The notes under the pieces: model-generated
The model's input: the letters and a program-made list of their open reading frames with translations, nothing else
Database searches by the model: none
Told to the model about the DNA's origin: nothing
Shown: piece by piece, positions 18,504 through 28,275 of the stretch
How the letters are laid out: each line of letters opens with the position of its first letter
How positions within the stretch are numbered: position 1 is the first letter of the stretch
Source: Verrucomicrobiota bacterium
GTDB lineage: Bacteria > Verrucomicrobiota > Verrucomicrobiia > Verrucomicrobiales > DEV007
Direction: 5' to 3'
DNA: 62,757 nt
NCBI GenBank assembly: GCA_045046875.1
Contig: JASFYY010000011.1
Location: 1-62,757 of the forward strand
Made by a program: the position numbers and the translations under genes

Positions 18504-20788
18504 TGACAAGTAATAATGATGCAAGCCTTACTTTAGGGGGGCGTTTTTGTGTGTTGGTTGTGGATGATTCCACCAGCCGCCTTGAGGCGATGGTGGCGTT
18601 GTTGGCTCAGGAGGTTCAGGGAGCAGAGATCAGCTTCAGTTCGGATCCTGCGGAAGCCTGGCTGAAGGCCTCCCAGCTTGATCAGTTGGATATGCTGATT
18701 TCCTCGATTCCTGAGCAGAATGGCGATTTGGTTTTTGCTCTTCGAGATCAGATCGTACAGCGTTTCGGGGTGTTGCCGGGTGCTTTTTATAGCGATGCGG
18801 ACATGAATGCTTATTATGATTGGATTCATGGCGAGCAGTTGTTTTTCCAGCCTTTGGGGGATGATGCTTTTGTGGCCTGGTTGCATAGTGTGCGTAAGGA
18901 GAGAGGGGAGGCTCTGGCTGCTGCTGAGGTGGTTTTGCCGGTGGCGGAGAGTGAAGCGGTCTTGCCAGTGGCTGAAATGTTGGAGCCCTCTGCCGCACAG
19001 GCAATGGATTTGCCGCCCGTGCCAGCTGCTTTTGACGGATCGATAGAGTCCTTGCCGGTGGCCGAAGAGTCAGAGCCAAGTGGTGAGGCTGCCCCGCTTT
19101 CGGTTGAGGGGCTGCCAAGTGCCGAAGATCCGATCGCTGTTATTTCTGTAGCTGCAGAAGCCGTTGCGGAAGCGTCGGTGGCAACACCGGAGGTTGAGGT
19201 AAGTGAAGCGGAGCCGGAGCTGGCTTTTCCTGAAGGTGAAGGGCCGATGCCGGAAGGGGCGCGGCTTGGGGATTATGAGTTGAAGCGCTTGATCGAATCC
19301 AATTCGGATTGGGCCTTGTATGATGCCGAGCAAACAGGGATTAATCGCACGGTTAATCTTAAGGCGCTGCATCGTTATCATCGACGGGATCCGGCGAAAG
19401 TGGAAGCTTTGCTTAAAGAGGCGCGATGCCGGGCAATCGTGAACCATCCGGCGATCGCTTTGGTGTATGAAGCCAATCAGGAAAACGGAGTGAACTTTTA
19501 TGCCCGGGAGCGGGTCGATGACCCGAGTTTGACTGAGTTGGCGGCTGGAGGGGAGAAATTCAGTGATGCGGCGGTGATCCAGTTTTTGAGTGAGGTGACC
19601 GATGCGGTGATTTATTTGGTGGAAAACCAGATGAATTTCCGTCCGATTACGGCTGATTTGATTAGTATTAGTAAAGAAGGGCATCCTAAAATCATCAACT
19701 CGGTGATCTCAGGGGAGTTGGATTTTGATGAAGCGGAGCAGATTGGGTTATTGGCTGATGCGGTATTTCCTCTATTGACCAAAGGGCGTTATGGCGGTGA
19801 GCTGGCCCTGCATGCTCTGATGGTGAGGATGCATGGGCAGGGGGATTCCAAAGTGGGTCAGGCGATTGTGACTCTGGACCAACTGAAGGTGGCTTTGGAC
19901 TATATGGGTGAGAAACTCGGTGGAGCTTCGATTGAAATAGAGCAGTCGTCCCAGCGGATGACTATTATCGTGGGTAGTGTCATAGGGGCTTTGGTGGTGG
20001 CCGGAGGTATTGTGGTAGCGATGATGATGGGTGGGCATAGCAAAGCCAAGGATTTTGACTACATGGTTCAGATCCCTCCGGGGGCGTTTATTTATCAAAC
20101 GGATGAAAAAGTCGAGTTGAAACAATTTTGGATCGATGAATATGAGGTGACGATCGCTCAATACGCCAAGTTCATTGAAAGTGCCGAAGCTGACCCTAAA
20201 ATGGCCAGCACCTGGGCACATGATGAGCAACCGGAATCCAAGCTTAGCTACCGGCCGCCCAATTGGGATAAATATTATAAAGCAGCGTTGAAGGGGAAGG
20301 AATATGGAGGCACTTTGATTGATTTGAACTGCCCGGTGATGGGGGTGGATTGGTGGGATGCTTATGCTTACGCAAAATGGAAGGGGGGACGTTTGCCGAC
20401 TGAACAGGAGTGGGAGAAAGCAGCTCGCGGAACGGATGGCAATCTTTATCCCTGGGGGAACGAACTGGATCTTTCCCGTTTTAATTCGGGGGCTTCGCAG
20501 AAGGATGGTGATACTTTTCGCTATTGGGCTCCGGTGGATGCCCTCACAGGAGATGTCAGTCCTTATGTGGTTAAGGGGTTGGCGGGCAATGTCAGTGAGT
20601 GGACAGATTCCTGGGACACTGATCCGGATGATCCTGATAAACAAGTCCCCATCCGTCGGGGCAGTTCGTTCCAGACTGAAGAAGGTTTTGAACTGACAAG
20701 TCGGCGCCCGGCTAATAGTCCGGATGATAGCGCTTTGAATACCGGGTTCAGAACGGTGAGAAGTATTCCGCCGCCGGCGACGGAATGA
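18500..20788 (+). CDS. Receiver-like + degenerate Ser/Thr kinase + TM + FGE-sulfatase (SUMF1) domain protein
   Basis: VLVVDD N-terminus; GDYEL...HPAIALVYEA kinase N-lobe; EVTIAQY, RLPTEQEWEKAARG, YPWG, GNVSEW and GFR. Confidence 0.85.
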   Translation: MMTSNNDASLTLGGRFCVLVVDDSTSRLEAMVALLAQEVQGAEISFSSDPAEAWLKASQLDQLDMLISSIPEQNGDLVFALRDQIVQRFGVLPGAFYSDADMNAYYDWIHGEQLFFQPLGDDAFVAWLHSVRKERGEALAAAEVVLPVAESEAVLPVAEMLEPSAAQAMDLPPVPAAFDGSIESLPVAEESEPSGEAAPLSVEGLPSAEDPIAVISVAAEAVAEASVATPEVEVSEAEPELAFPEGEGPMPEGARLGDYELKRLIESNSDWALYDAEQTGINRTVNLKALHRYHRRDPAKVEALLKEARCRAIVNHPAIALVYEANQENGVNFYARERVDDPSLTELAAGGEKFSDAAVIQFLSEVTDAVIYLVENQMNFRPITADLISISKEGHPKIINSVISGELDFDEAEQIGLLADAVFPLLTKGRYGGELALHALMVRMHGQGDSKVGQAIVTLDQLKVALDYMGEKLGGASIEIEQSSQRMTIIVGSVIGALVVAGGIVVAMMMGGHSKAKDFDYMVQIPPGAFIYQTDEKVELKQFWIDEYEVTIAQYAKFIESAEADPKMASTWAHDEQPESKLSYRPPNWDKYYKAALKGKEYGGTLIDLNCPVMGVDWWDAYAYAKWKGGRLPTEQEWEKAARGTDGNLYPWGNELDLSRFNSGASQKDGDTFRYWAPVDALTGDVSPYVVKGLAGNVSEWTDSWDTDPDDPDKQVPIRRGSSFQTEEGFELTSRRPANSPDDSALNTGFRTVRSIPPPATE

Positions 20789-20897
20789 GCAAGCCGGGCG
20801 GCTGTGATGGGATGATTTGAGGGGCTGGACATTGGGAATAAAACGATTTAGCGTGTGAGGCTGAAATGAAATTGTCCTAAACGGATTTTCCTATAAA

Positions 20898-21833
20898 ATG
20901 TCTGGCTTTGATTCCCCAATGAATCGCATGATGAAAAAACGTATTTTGCTGTTGAGTAGTTTGCTGGCCTTACTATTGCTGGCGGGAAACTTGGATCAGG
21001 CGCAAGCGCAAATTCAAGTTAACTTCAAGCTGAATAAGAAAGTTTATATGGCGCACGAAGCGGTGGCGGGTCAGTTGTATATCGTGAATCGCTCTGGACG
21101 TGATCTGATTATCGAGGGGCGTAATAGCAACATGAGCTGGTTGGATTTCCAAGTGACGGACTCTCGCGGCAACCTGCTCAGCCCGGTGCCGGGGCGACGG
21201 GGGTTGGAGTCTGTGATCATTCGCTCGGGAGGGACTTTTAAAAAACAAGTGTATGTGAACCGGCGTTATCCGATGGGGCAAAAGGGGGTTTACCGGATTC
21301 GGGCGAGTGTTTATTTTCCTCCTTTAAAACGTTATTTTCAAACCAAAATCCAATCTCTGCAGATCACGGAGGGTAGTGAGTTTTGGTCGCAGGTGGTTGG
21401 AGTCCCGCCGGGTTACAAGGAAGCGGGTACTTTTCGGAAATTTGCTGTGTTGAGGTTTGATTATCGCAATCAAAAAGAAATTTATTTCCGTCTTAGCCGT
21501 TCTGATTCGGGTGCAGTGATCACGACCTATTCTCTTGGAAAACTGTTGATGGTGACCGATCCCAGTGTGGGGATTGATTCGCAAAACCGTCTCCATATTC
21601 TTCACATGGGGGCTCCCCAGGCGTATGCGCATACGATTATCGATGTAGAGGGCAAGGCCGAGCCGCAGAAATATTATTTTGCCAAAGGGGAAAACCGGCC
21701 AAAATTGGTTCGGGTGGGTAGCGGGGCTATTGTGGTCGAGGGTGGAATTCCTGAGGATATGCAGGATGCGGTGTATGAAAAAAATGAATTTCACAAGCTT
21801 TCAGAACTGCCTCCGGGTATGCCTATCAATTGA
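20898..21833 (+). CDS. Secreted hypothetical protein
   Basis: Signal peptide and a long ORF in the operon direction; exact start uncertain. Confidence 0.75.
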   Translation: MSGFDSPMNRMMKKRILLLSSLLALLLLAGNLDQAQAQIQVNFKLNKKVYMAHEAVAGQLYIVNRSGRDLIIEGRNSNMSWLDFQVTDSRGNLLSPVPGRRGLESVIIRSGGTFKKQVYVNRRYPMGQKGVYRIRASVYFPPLKRYFQTKIQSLQITEGSEFWSQVVGVPPGYKEAGTFRKFAVLRFDYRNQKEIYFRLSRSDSGAVITTYSLGKLLMVTDPSVGIDSQNRLHILHMGAPQAYAHTIIDVEGKAEPQKYYFAKGENRPKLVRVGSGAIVVEGGIPEDMQDAVYEKNEFHKLSELPPGMPIN

Positions 21834-22034
21834 GGGTTTGTTCAATGGTGGCAAGAGTCTAGGAAAAACAGGGGGTTTTATTAAGTTTCCTTGACTATTT
21901 TGATCATAACTGTGTATTGGTGAATGTTACGCGATCGTAGTTATTTGTTAAAAAGATGCAAGCGTCAGCGTTAACAGATGATAAAGTGGTAGACAGAGAT
22001 CCATGGCACCCCAAAGAAACAGGCTGAAAAAAAG

Positions 22035-22679
22035 ATGATACCCTCGTTGCGCAGCTCATGGCCAAAATCTGGTTGGGAGAAAAGTTTTTTGCTGTTGGGT
22101 TTTTGCGCCTTGTTTTTTTTGCTGGGCACGGGAAAAAGTGAAGCGGCTTTCAACACAGTTATTATTGATGCGGGGCATGGCGGCCATGATTTGGGAGCGA
22201 GCCGCTCATTGATTTATGAAAAACATCTTAATCTCGATGTGGCACGGCGTCTGGAGCGAACGCTGCGGGAGAGTGGCTTCCGGACGGTGTTGACTCGTAG
22301 CACTGATGATTTTATTCCGCTTAGTACACGCTCGGCTAAGGCGAACAAATACCGCAATGCTATTTTTGTGAGCATTCATTTCAACTGGAGCTGGAAGAGT
22401 AAGGTGACGGGGGTGGAGACTTTTTATCGCAGTTCGTCTTCACGTAATCTGGCCGATTACATTCAACGCCAGCTTATTCGTAAAATAGGCTGCACCAACC
22501 GCGGGGTTAAAACCGCTAACTTTTCGGTACTGAGAAAAACCCGTCATCCTGCAGTTTTGGTGGAAGGTGGTTTTGTCAGTAATAAAGGCGAACGATCTTC
22601 GATGCTTGATCCTAGATACCGTCAAGTGGTGGCCGATAGTATTGCCCGGGGGATTTTGGAATTCCGTAAAAAACGCTGA
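22035..22679 (+). CDS. N-acetylmuramoyl-L-alanine amidase (Amidase_3)
   Basis: Motifs IIDAGHGGHD, EKHLNL, FVSIHFN and AVLVEGGFVSN. Confidence 0.95.
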   Translation: MIPSLRSSWPKSGWEKSFLLLGFCALFFLLGTGKSEAAFNTVIIDAGHGGHDLGASRSLIYEKHLNLDVARRLERTLRESGFRTVLTRSTDDFIPLSTRSAKANKYRNAIFVSIHFNWSWKSKVTGVETFYRSSSSRNLADYIQRQLIRKIGCTNRGVKTANFSVLRKTRHPAVLVEGGFVSNKGERSSMLDPRYRQVVADSIARGILEFRKKR

Positions 22680-22792
22680 TCGGTGGAGAAGTTTGGACTC
22701 AGGGCGTTGGTCTGTTTTTTTGATGGGTGGTTGAGCATGGGGAGCAGACAAATATGGAAATTTGTCTTACGGTGACATTGGATTGAGCTTTT

Positions 22793-24295
22793 GTGATGAT
22801 TGTTACATGTGAACAAATGAAGCAGGCGGAAGACCGTTTGTTTGCGACTGGCGTGGTGGCCGAGGATTTGATGGAAAAAGCGGGGCAAGCCTGTGCCCGG
22901 GCTGTGCGGCAGTTTTTTCAATGGGGCGGACAGGCGACTTTGTATGTGGGTAAAGGCAATAACGGAGGAGACGCTCTGGTGGTGGGAAGGGAATTGCGTA
23001 AACGGGGGTGGAAGGTGGAGGTGTTGTTGTCCGGGGAAGTAGTGGAAATGACTGATTTGGCGGCCAAAAAGCTGGCTGAATTTAATGCGACATCAGAGGC
23101 CGGAGGGGCGGATTTGGGGAGGCTTGGAGCTTGCATTGTGGTGGATGGTTTGTTGGGTATAGGAGCTAGCGGGCCGCTGCGCGGAGTGATCGGTGAGCGG
23201 GCGGCGCAACTCAACCAGCAGCGCATCGAGACCAACGCCAGCTGTTTTGCGGTGGATATCCCGTCGGGTGTTGATGGGGATTTGGGAACACCTTATCCGG
23301 GAGCGGTGGTGGCCGATTTCACTCTTTCGATTGCGGCGGTCAAGGCAGGAGTGGTGCAGGATGCAGCGATCAACCATGTCGGGCGAATTGTCCAGATAGC
23401 TTTGCCGGAAATAGTGATTACTGAGGCGAGTGGGGATTCGGTGGTATTATCACCGCAGAATCTGGCTGGTATTTTGCCGCGTAGGGATTTTGATTTTCAC
23501 AAAGGCAGGGCAGGGCGGGTTGGCATATTGGCAGGATCGCGGGGTTTGACCGGCGCGGCAATTTTGGCATCGACAGCAGCCCTGCATGCTGGAGCGGGCT
23601 TGGTGACTTTGTATGCGGAGAAATCGATTTATGGGATTCTGGCAGTCGCTGCAGCGTCGGAAGTGATGGTCAAGCCGATTGACTCAATTAAAGACATAGC
23701 GGGGGATTCAGCGGATGTGTTGGCGGTGGGTCCGGGTTTGGGCAGTGAGCCTGACCCGGCATTATTGGATCTGATATTGAATGATCCTCGTCCGATGGTG
23801 GTTGATGCGGATGCTTTGAACTTACTAGCGCGGTCACCCGATGCTATGGTGCGTTTGGTTGAGAATGGCCAGCCTCGTTTGTTGACCCCGCACCCAGGTG
23901 AGATGGAACGTCTTTTTCCTGCTGCTGCGTCCTGTGAGGATAGATTTGCGGTGGTGGATCGATTTATTCAAGAGAAGTCATATCAAGGGGTGCTGTTGTA
24001 TAAGGGCGCACGCACTTTGATAGCGGCACCGGGGCAGCCCCTGGCAATCAATTCGACCGGTCATCCGGGAATGGCGACCGGCGGTGTGGGAGATGTGCTG
24101 ACAGGCTTGTGTGCCGGATTGGCGGCACAAGGAGCATCGCTTTACGAAGCCGCTTGTCTGGGCAGTTGGCTGATCGGACGTAATGCCGAGGGGTGGATCA
24201 GTGAAGGGCGTGAGTCTGTGGAGAGCTTGACTGCGAGTGATATAGGTTCTGAATGGGGGATGGCCTTTGACGATTTCAGGAACGGGGGATTTTGA
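22793..24295 (+). CDS. nnr: Bifunctional NAD(P)H-hydrate epimerase/dehydratase (NnrE-NnrD/YjeF)
   Basis: Motifs GKGNNGGD, DIPSG, VDADAL, LTPHPGE and ATGGVGDVLTG. Confidence 0.95.
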   Translation: MMIVTCEQMKQAEDRLFATGVVAEDLMEKAGQACARAVRQFFQWGGQATLYVGKGNNGGDALVVGRELRKRGWKVEVLLSGEVVEMTDLAAKKLAEFNATSEAGGADLGRLGACIVVDGLLGIGASGPLRGVIGERAAQLNQQRIETNASCFAVDIPSGVDGDLGTPYPGAVVADFTLSIAAVKAGVVQDAAINHVGRIVQIALPEIVITEASGDSVVLSPQNLAGILPRRDFDFHKGRAGRVGILAGSRGLTGAAILASTAALHAGAGLVTLYAEKSIYGILAVAAASEVMVKPIDSIKDIAGDSADVLAVGPGLGSEPDPALLDLILNDPRPMVVDADALNLLARSPDAMVRLVENGQPRLLTPHPGEMERLFPAAASCEDRFAVVDRFIQEKSYQGVLLYKGARTLIAAPGQPLAINSTGHPGMATGGVGDVLTGLCAGLAAQGASLYEAACLGSWLIGRNAEGWISEGRESVESLTASDIGSEWGMAFDDFRNGGF

Positions 24296-24376
24296 TTGGT
24301 AGAATGGTGTTTTTTTGCATAAAAAAAGCTGAGCCCGGGAAGGATCAGCTCGTTAAATGGAAACCTGCCTAAGTGC

Positions 24377-24979
24377 TTACCACTGTAAACGCCCTCCAAT
24401 TCCAAGGGTGCTGCGATCATCTTCAAAACGACTGGAAAGCTCGACTCCCAGTAGGTCGGTGAATTTAAACACCGTGCCGATTTCCATGCCCCACAAATTG
24501 CGTTCATCGATGCGGGTGTAATCTCCGGAGACGTAAACTTCCCATGAGGGGATGATGGCCACTCTGACTCCGGGTTCAAAGTAGAAACCCCATTCATCGA
24601 GTCGATTCCAATCACTTGCTGCGGGCAACTCAAGGTAGCGAGTCCCCGTTTGAAAATAAATGTCAGCGACTCCGCCAAGCAGGGTGTTGAGTCCGAGTCC
24701 TAGACGTAGGTCCTGGGTGTTTACGGAATCGTTGCCGATTACGGTATCGGGACTGGCAAAGTGGTATTCTCCCAAGAGGAAAAAATGCTCGGTGGGGGCG
24801 GCGGAAAGTTCGAGGTTGAAGCCGTTAGCGTCTTCCAAAGCTGCTCCAAGCGCACCACTGTAGAACACTCTTTCGTAACCGAGGTCAAAGTAACTATGGG
24901 TCAAGGTAGGGGATTCTTGCGCGATAGCTGCGCTTGAGATCAAGGCAAATAGAGAAAGGCTTAAAAGTGTCTTTTTCAT
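24377..24979 (-). CDS. Small outer-membrane beta-barrel protein
   Basis: Signal peptide, amphipathic beta strands, C-terminal aromatic residue (GRLQW). Confidence 0.8.
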   Translation of the reverse strand: MKKTLLSLSLFALISSAAIAQESPTLTHSYFDLGYERVFYSGALGAALEDANGFNLELSAAPTEHFFLLGEYHFASPDTVIGNDSVNTQDLRLGLGLNTLLGGVADIYFQTGTRYLELPAASDWNRLDEWGFYFEPGVRVAIIPSWEVYVSGDYTRIDERNLWGMEIGTVFKFTDLLGVELSSRFEDDRSTLGIGGRLQW

Positions 24980-25320
24980 AATTTATGTAATTTCAATAAA
25001 TATTCAGATAAACCATATTATGTATTGAGGAGGAAATAATGTCAAACCTTTCTTAGTTGCTGGGATTGGGTGGGTACAGGTTTAAAAACCTGGTTTTAGG
25101 GACACCTCTTTGGGCTTGGCGGGTAAGAGATGCAAAAATTTAGGATTTTCCGCTCCGAGCTGTCATAGAGCAGGCCTTTTGGACTGCTGGGCTGCGCGAC
25201 GATTGGTCGCCTTGTAATTATTGCCGTGATGTCGTTCTTTCATCGAAAATGAAACCCTCAAGATTTGCGGGCTATGACGGCTACGATCACGATAGCCGTT
25301 TCGCTGACAACAAATTAGCG

Positions 25321-25359
25321 AAAACAAGCTATTCGGCTTATCCAAGCTGAATAGCTTGT
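25321..25359 (-). terminator. Probable intrinsic terminator
   Basis: 16-bp stem with one mismatch (ACAAGCTATTCGGCTT-ATCC-AAGCTGAATAGCTTGT on +), ending in TTTT on the minus strand. Confidence 0.6.
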
Positions 25360-25449
25360 GATGTATTTATCCTACTGGCGTGGAGTTGCCGATGGAGCGC
25401 GTAAATCTGCCTCTGATAGAAAATCAGAGGGCTGCTAGGCACAGGAGAG

Positions 25450-25530
25450 TTAACCGCCCACTGATCGGGTCAGGAACTCAAGCACCAATACGCCGATTGA
25501 TAGGGCGAGGATAATGATGGGTAATAACAT
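25450..25530 (-). CDS. Unannotated 26-aa single-TM peptide MLLPIIILALSIGVLVLEFLTRSVGG
   Basis: Hand-translated from ATG 25530 to TAA 25450; aligns without gaps to the C-terminal TM of the upstream protein. Confidence 0.65.
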   Translation of the reverse strand: MLLPIIILALSIGVLVLEFLTRSVGG

Positions 25531-25582
25531 AGGATCCGTATTTAAATTTTATTCCAATTACTTGGCAAGCTTATATCTGCCA

Positions 25583-26761
25583 TTAGCCCTGGCCTACTTG
25601 GTAGGCCATGAATTCGATTAGAATCAAAGCGATGGACAGGATGATGACGATAACAGCAAAGGGCATCAGGCCCGATTCTTCGAAATCTTCTTCCCATTCT
25701 TCTTCGGCTTCGTCGGCTGCGGTTGATTGGATGTCTGGAGCTGCACTGATCCCGCCACCTGCATTGCCCATGGATTGGGTTTGCTGTAGTTTGACGGTTG
25801 CCTTTGGTAGCGGTTTGGCGCTTCCTGGTGCGGCAAGAGGTGTGGTTTGTTTGCCAATGGCCGGGCCTGCCGGTGATGCTGGGGCTTTGGCCAGAGGTAT
25901 GGTTTTAGCGCCAATCGGCGGGGCACTGGGTGCCGCTGCTGCTGGCGCAGGAGCGGGTGCTGCAGGTGCCGGTGCGGGAGCAACGCCTCGGGAAAGAGGA
26001 ACCGTTGCCGCCCCTTGAGGAGCTGCAGGAGGGGCACCGAGGGTCACCGTTTTTGCTCCACCACCGACTGGAGGCGGGGCAATCGGAGCTGGTGGTGGTG
26101 CCAGTGGCGGTTGGCCAGGTGCAGGTGTTGCCGGCGCCGGAGGTGGCGCGGGAGCTGCAGTTGGAGAGTTGGCGCGCGGGCCGACAGGGGCAATAGTAGG
26201 TGTTGGCGGCGAAGTAGGTGCTGTCGCAGTTGGTGCGGCTCCTGGTACCGGCATCGTGCTACCGATCGGTGGAACACTCCCGGTAGAATCTTGCCCTGGC
26301 ACCGGCATGGTGCTGCCGATGGGTGGAACGCTTCCGGTAGGATTTTGTTGCCCTGGCACTGGCATGGTGCTGCCGATTGGAGGAACGCTTCCGGTAGGAC
26401 TTTGCTGTCCAGGAACCGGCATGGTGCTGCCAATAGGGGGAACCCCACCAGTGGGATCCTGTCCTGGCACCGGCATGGTACTTCCAATCGGAGGAACGCT
26501 TCCGGTAGGATTCTGCTGCGCTGGAACTGGCATGGTGCTGCCAATCGGCGGGATCGAACCTGCTCCTGGCTGAACGGCACCCCCATCTGTGGGTGATACA
26601 ACAGGGCGAATCGGTTGCGTAACTCCCTGTGGCACAATAGGACCGGTGTCTTCCGGGCGGGCGCGAAGGGTGATGCGAACGGTTTCTTTTTTCAACGGAA
26701 CCGTCGACGTCTTTTTAGACGGTTTTTGCGGGTCCGGTGGTGTAGGTAATGAATCACTCAT
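25583..26761 (-). CDS. Pro-rich tail-anchored repeat protein
   Basis: Disordered Pro/Ala/Thr-rich sequence, six PPIGSTMPVP repeats, acidic patch, C-terminal TM. Confidence 0.85.
   Translation of the reverse strand: MSDSLPTPPDPQKPSKKTSTVPLKKETVRITLRARPEDTGPIVPQGVTQPIRPVVSPTDGGAVQPGAGSIPPIGSTMPVPAQQNPTGSVPPIGSTMPVPGQDPTGGVPPIGSTMPVPGQQSPTGSVPPIGSTMPVPGQQNPTGSVPPIGSTMPVPGQDSTGSVPPIGSTMPVPGAAPTATAPTSPPTPTIAPVGPRANSPTAAPAPPPAPATPAPGQPPLAPPPAPIAPPPVGGGAKTVTLGAPPAAPQGAATVPLSRGVAPAPAPAAPAPAPAAAAPSAPPIGAKTIPLAKAPASPAGPAIGKQTTPLAAPGSAKPLPKATVKLQQTQSMGNAGGGISAAPDIQSTAADEAEEEWEEDFEESGLMPFAVIVIILSIALILIEFMAYQVGQG
26240..26560 (-). repeat. Six coding tandem repeats with a 54-57 bp period
   Basis: (S/G)(V/I)PPIGSTMPVP x6 joined by QxxPTG-like linkers; synonymous variation between copies. 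Confidence 0.92.
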
Positions 26762-26992
26762 TTTTAATAGGCGAAAAAAAAGTTAGAACCTGTATTTAGG
26801 CCGGAAAACAGACCAAATGTCAATACCATAATCTAATAAATGACGCATAAGATTGAGAATTTTGTTCTATTTGCTCGGTTTTTGACCTTTTGACTTTCAA
26901 TTCTCATCAATTTAAACTTTTTTAAGGGGGCGGGTGACGATGGATTTGGACTTGGGCTTTACAGTCCGGACAAAGCGGGGAACAGATATTTC

Positions 26993-28162
26993 ATGAAAAA
27001 TGTGCAAAACGTGGTTGAACTGTTGCAGGCCTTGATTGCGATTCCCAGCGTGAACCCCGAGGGAAGCGGTGATCCAGGCACTTCTCACCTGGGGGAAGAG
27101 AAATGCGCCCGGATGGTGGGTGATTTTTTGATTCGTTGCGGAGCGGAGGTGGTTTTCGAGGAAGTTGAAAAGGGGCGTCCTAATGTGGTGGCGCGTTTTG
27201 CTTCTACAGTGCGTGATGGGCAAAACAAGCCACGGGTATTGTTTGCGCCGCATACGGATACGGTCAGCGTGGCGGGAATGACGATCGATGCTTTTGGGGG
27301 TGAATTGCGGGAGGGGAAAATATGGGGGCGAGGAGCCAGCGATACCAAGGGAACGATGGCGGCGATGTTGTGGGCTTTTTATCAATTGAGGGAAAAAATT
27401 GCCGAACTTGATATTGAAGTGGGTTTTGTGGGCTTGATGGGGGAAGAGATTGGCCAACCTGGTTCACGTCATTTTGCCCGGAAGCATGGCGCAGAGTGGG
27501 ATTTTGCCATTGTCGGAGAGCCCACCGGGTTGGATGCGGTGTGCCAGCATAAGGGTTGCACTTGGGTTCAGTTGAGGACCAGTGGCAAGGCGGTTCATGG
27601 TTCGACCCCGGAGCGAGGTGAAAACGCCATCACTGCGATGTTGGCGGTTTTGCAAAAAATCGACACCCGGTTTCGCGCGGATTTGCAGGCGGAAAAATAC
27701 CGCAACTCTTTGCTGGGCAGTCCGACGGTGAATATCGGCACGGTGCAAGGGGGCTCTAAAACCAACATTGTGCCGGATTTTTGTGAGGCGACCCTGGATT
27801 TCCGCGTGACGCCGGAGTTAGCGGCAGCGGGCGGAGTGGTGGATCTGTTGACGCGTTATTTGTCCCTGCAGCAGAAGGAGCACGGTTTGCCTGCAGTTAG
27901 CATTGAGCCACTGGTGGAGTGTTCGGCGTTGAACACTGATTTGGAGAACTGCTTTGTGAAACAGTTGCAAGAGCTGGGCAGTAAAAGTATCGGGGCGCCG
28001 TGGTTTTGTGATGCGGCCTGGTTGGCCTCGGGTGGGATCCCGGCGGTCGCTTTGGGGCCCGGGTCGATTGCCCAGGCGCATACCAAGGACGAATGGATCG
28101 AGGTGACGGCCTTGGAAGCAGGCGTGGATTTTTATAAAAAAATCATGGAAAGCCTGCACTGA
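26993..28162 (+). CDS. M20 family metallopeptidase (ArgE/DapE-like)
   Basis: Motifs APHTDTV, GRGASDTKG, GEEIG, VGEPT and AHTKDE. Confidence 0.92.
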   Translation: MKNVQNVVELLQALIAIPSVNPEGSGDPGTSHLGEEKCARMVGDFLIRCGAEVVFEEVEKGRPNVVARFASTVRDGQNKPRVLFAPHTDTVSVAGMTIDAFGGELREGKIWGRGASDTKGTMAAMLWAFYQLREKIAELDIEVGFVGLMGEEIGQPGSRHFARKHGAEWDFAIVGEPTGLDAVCQHKGCTWVQLRTSGKAVHGSTPERGENAITAMLAVLQKIDTRFRADLQAEKYRNSLLGSPTVNIGTVQGGSKTNIVPDFCEATLDFRVTPELAAAGGVVDLLTRYLSLQQKEHGLPAVSIEPLVECSALNTDLENCFVKQLQELGSKSIGAPWFCDAAWLASGGIPAVALGPGSIAQAHTKDEWIEVTALEAGVDFYKKIMESLH

Positions 28163-28275
28163 AGGGTGCTGGTGAGTGTGGGTAGGCAAGCCATTGCTCA
28201 AAAGCGTTGTTTTCGCCGCTGGTATTTTGTCAAAGAGGGGCTAGAATGGCGCCCCTTTAAAAGGTTTAAATCATT

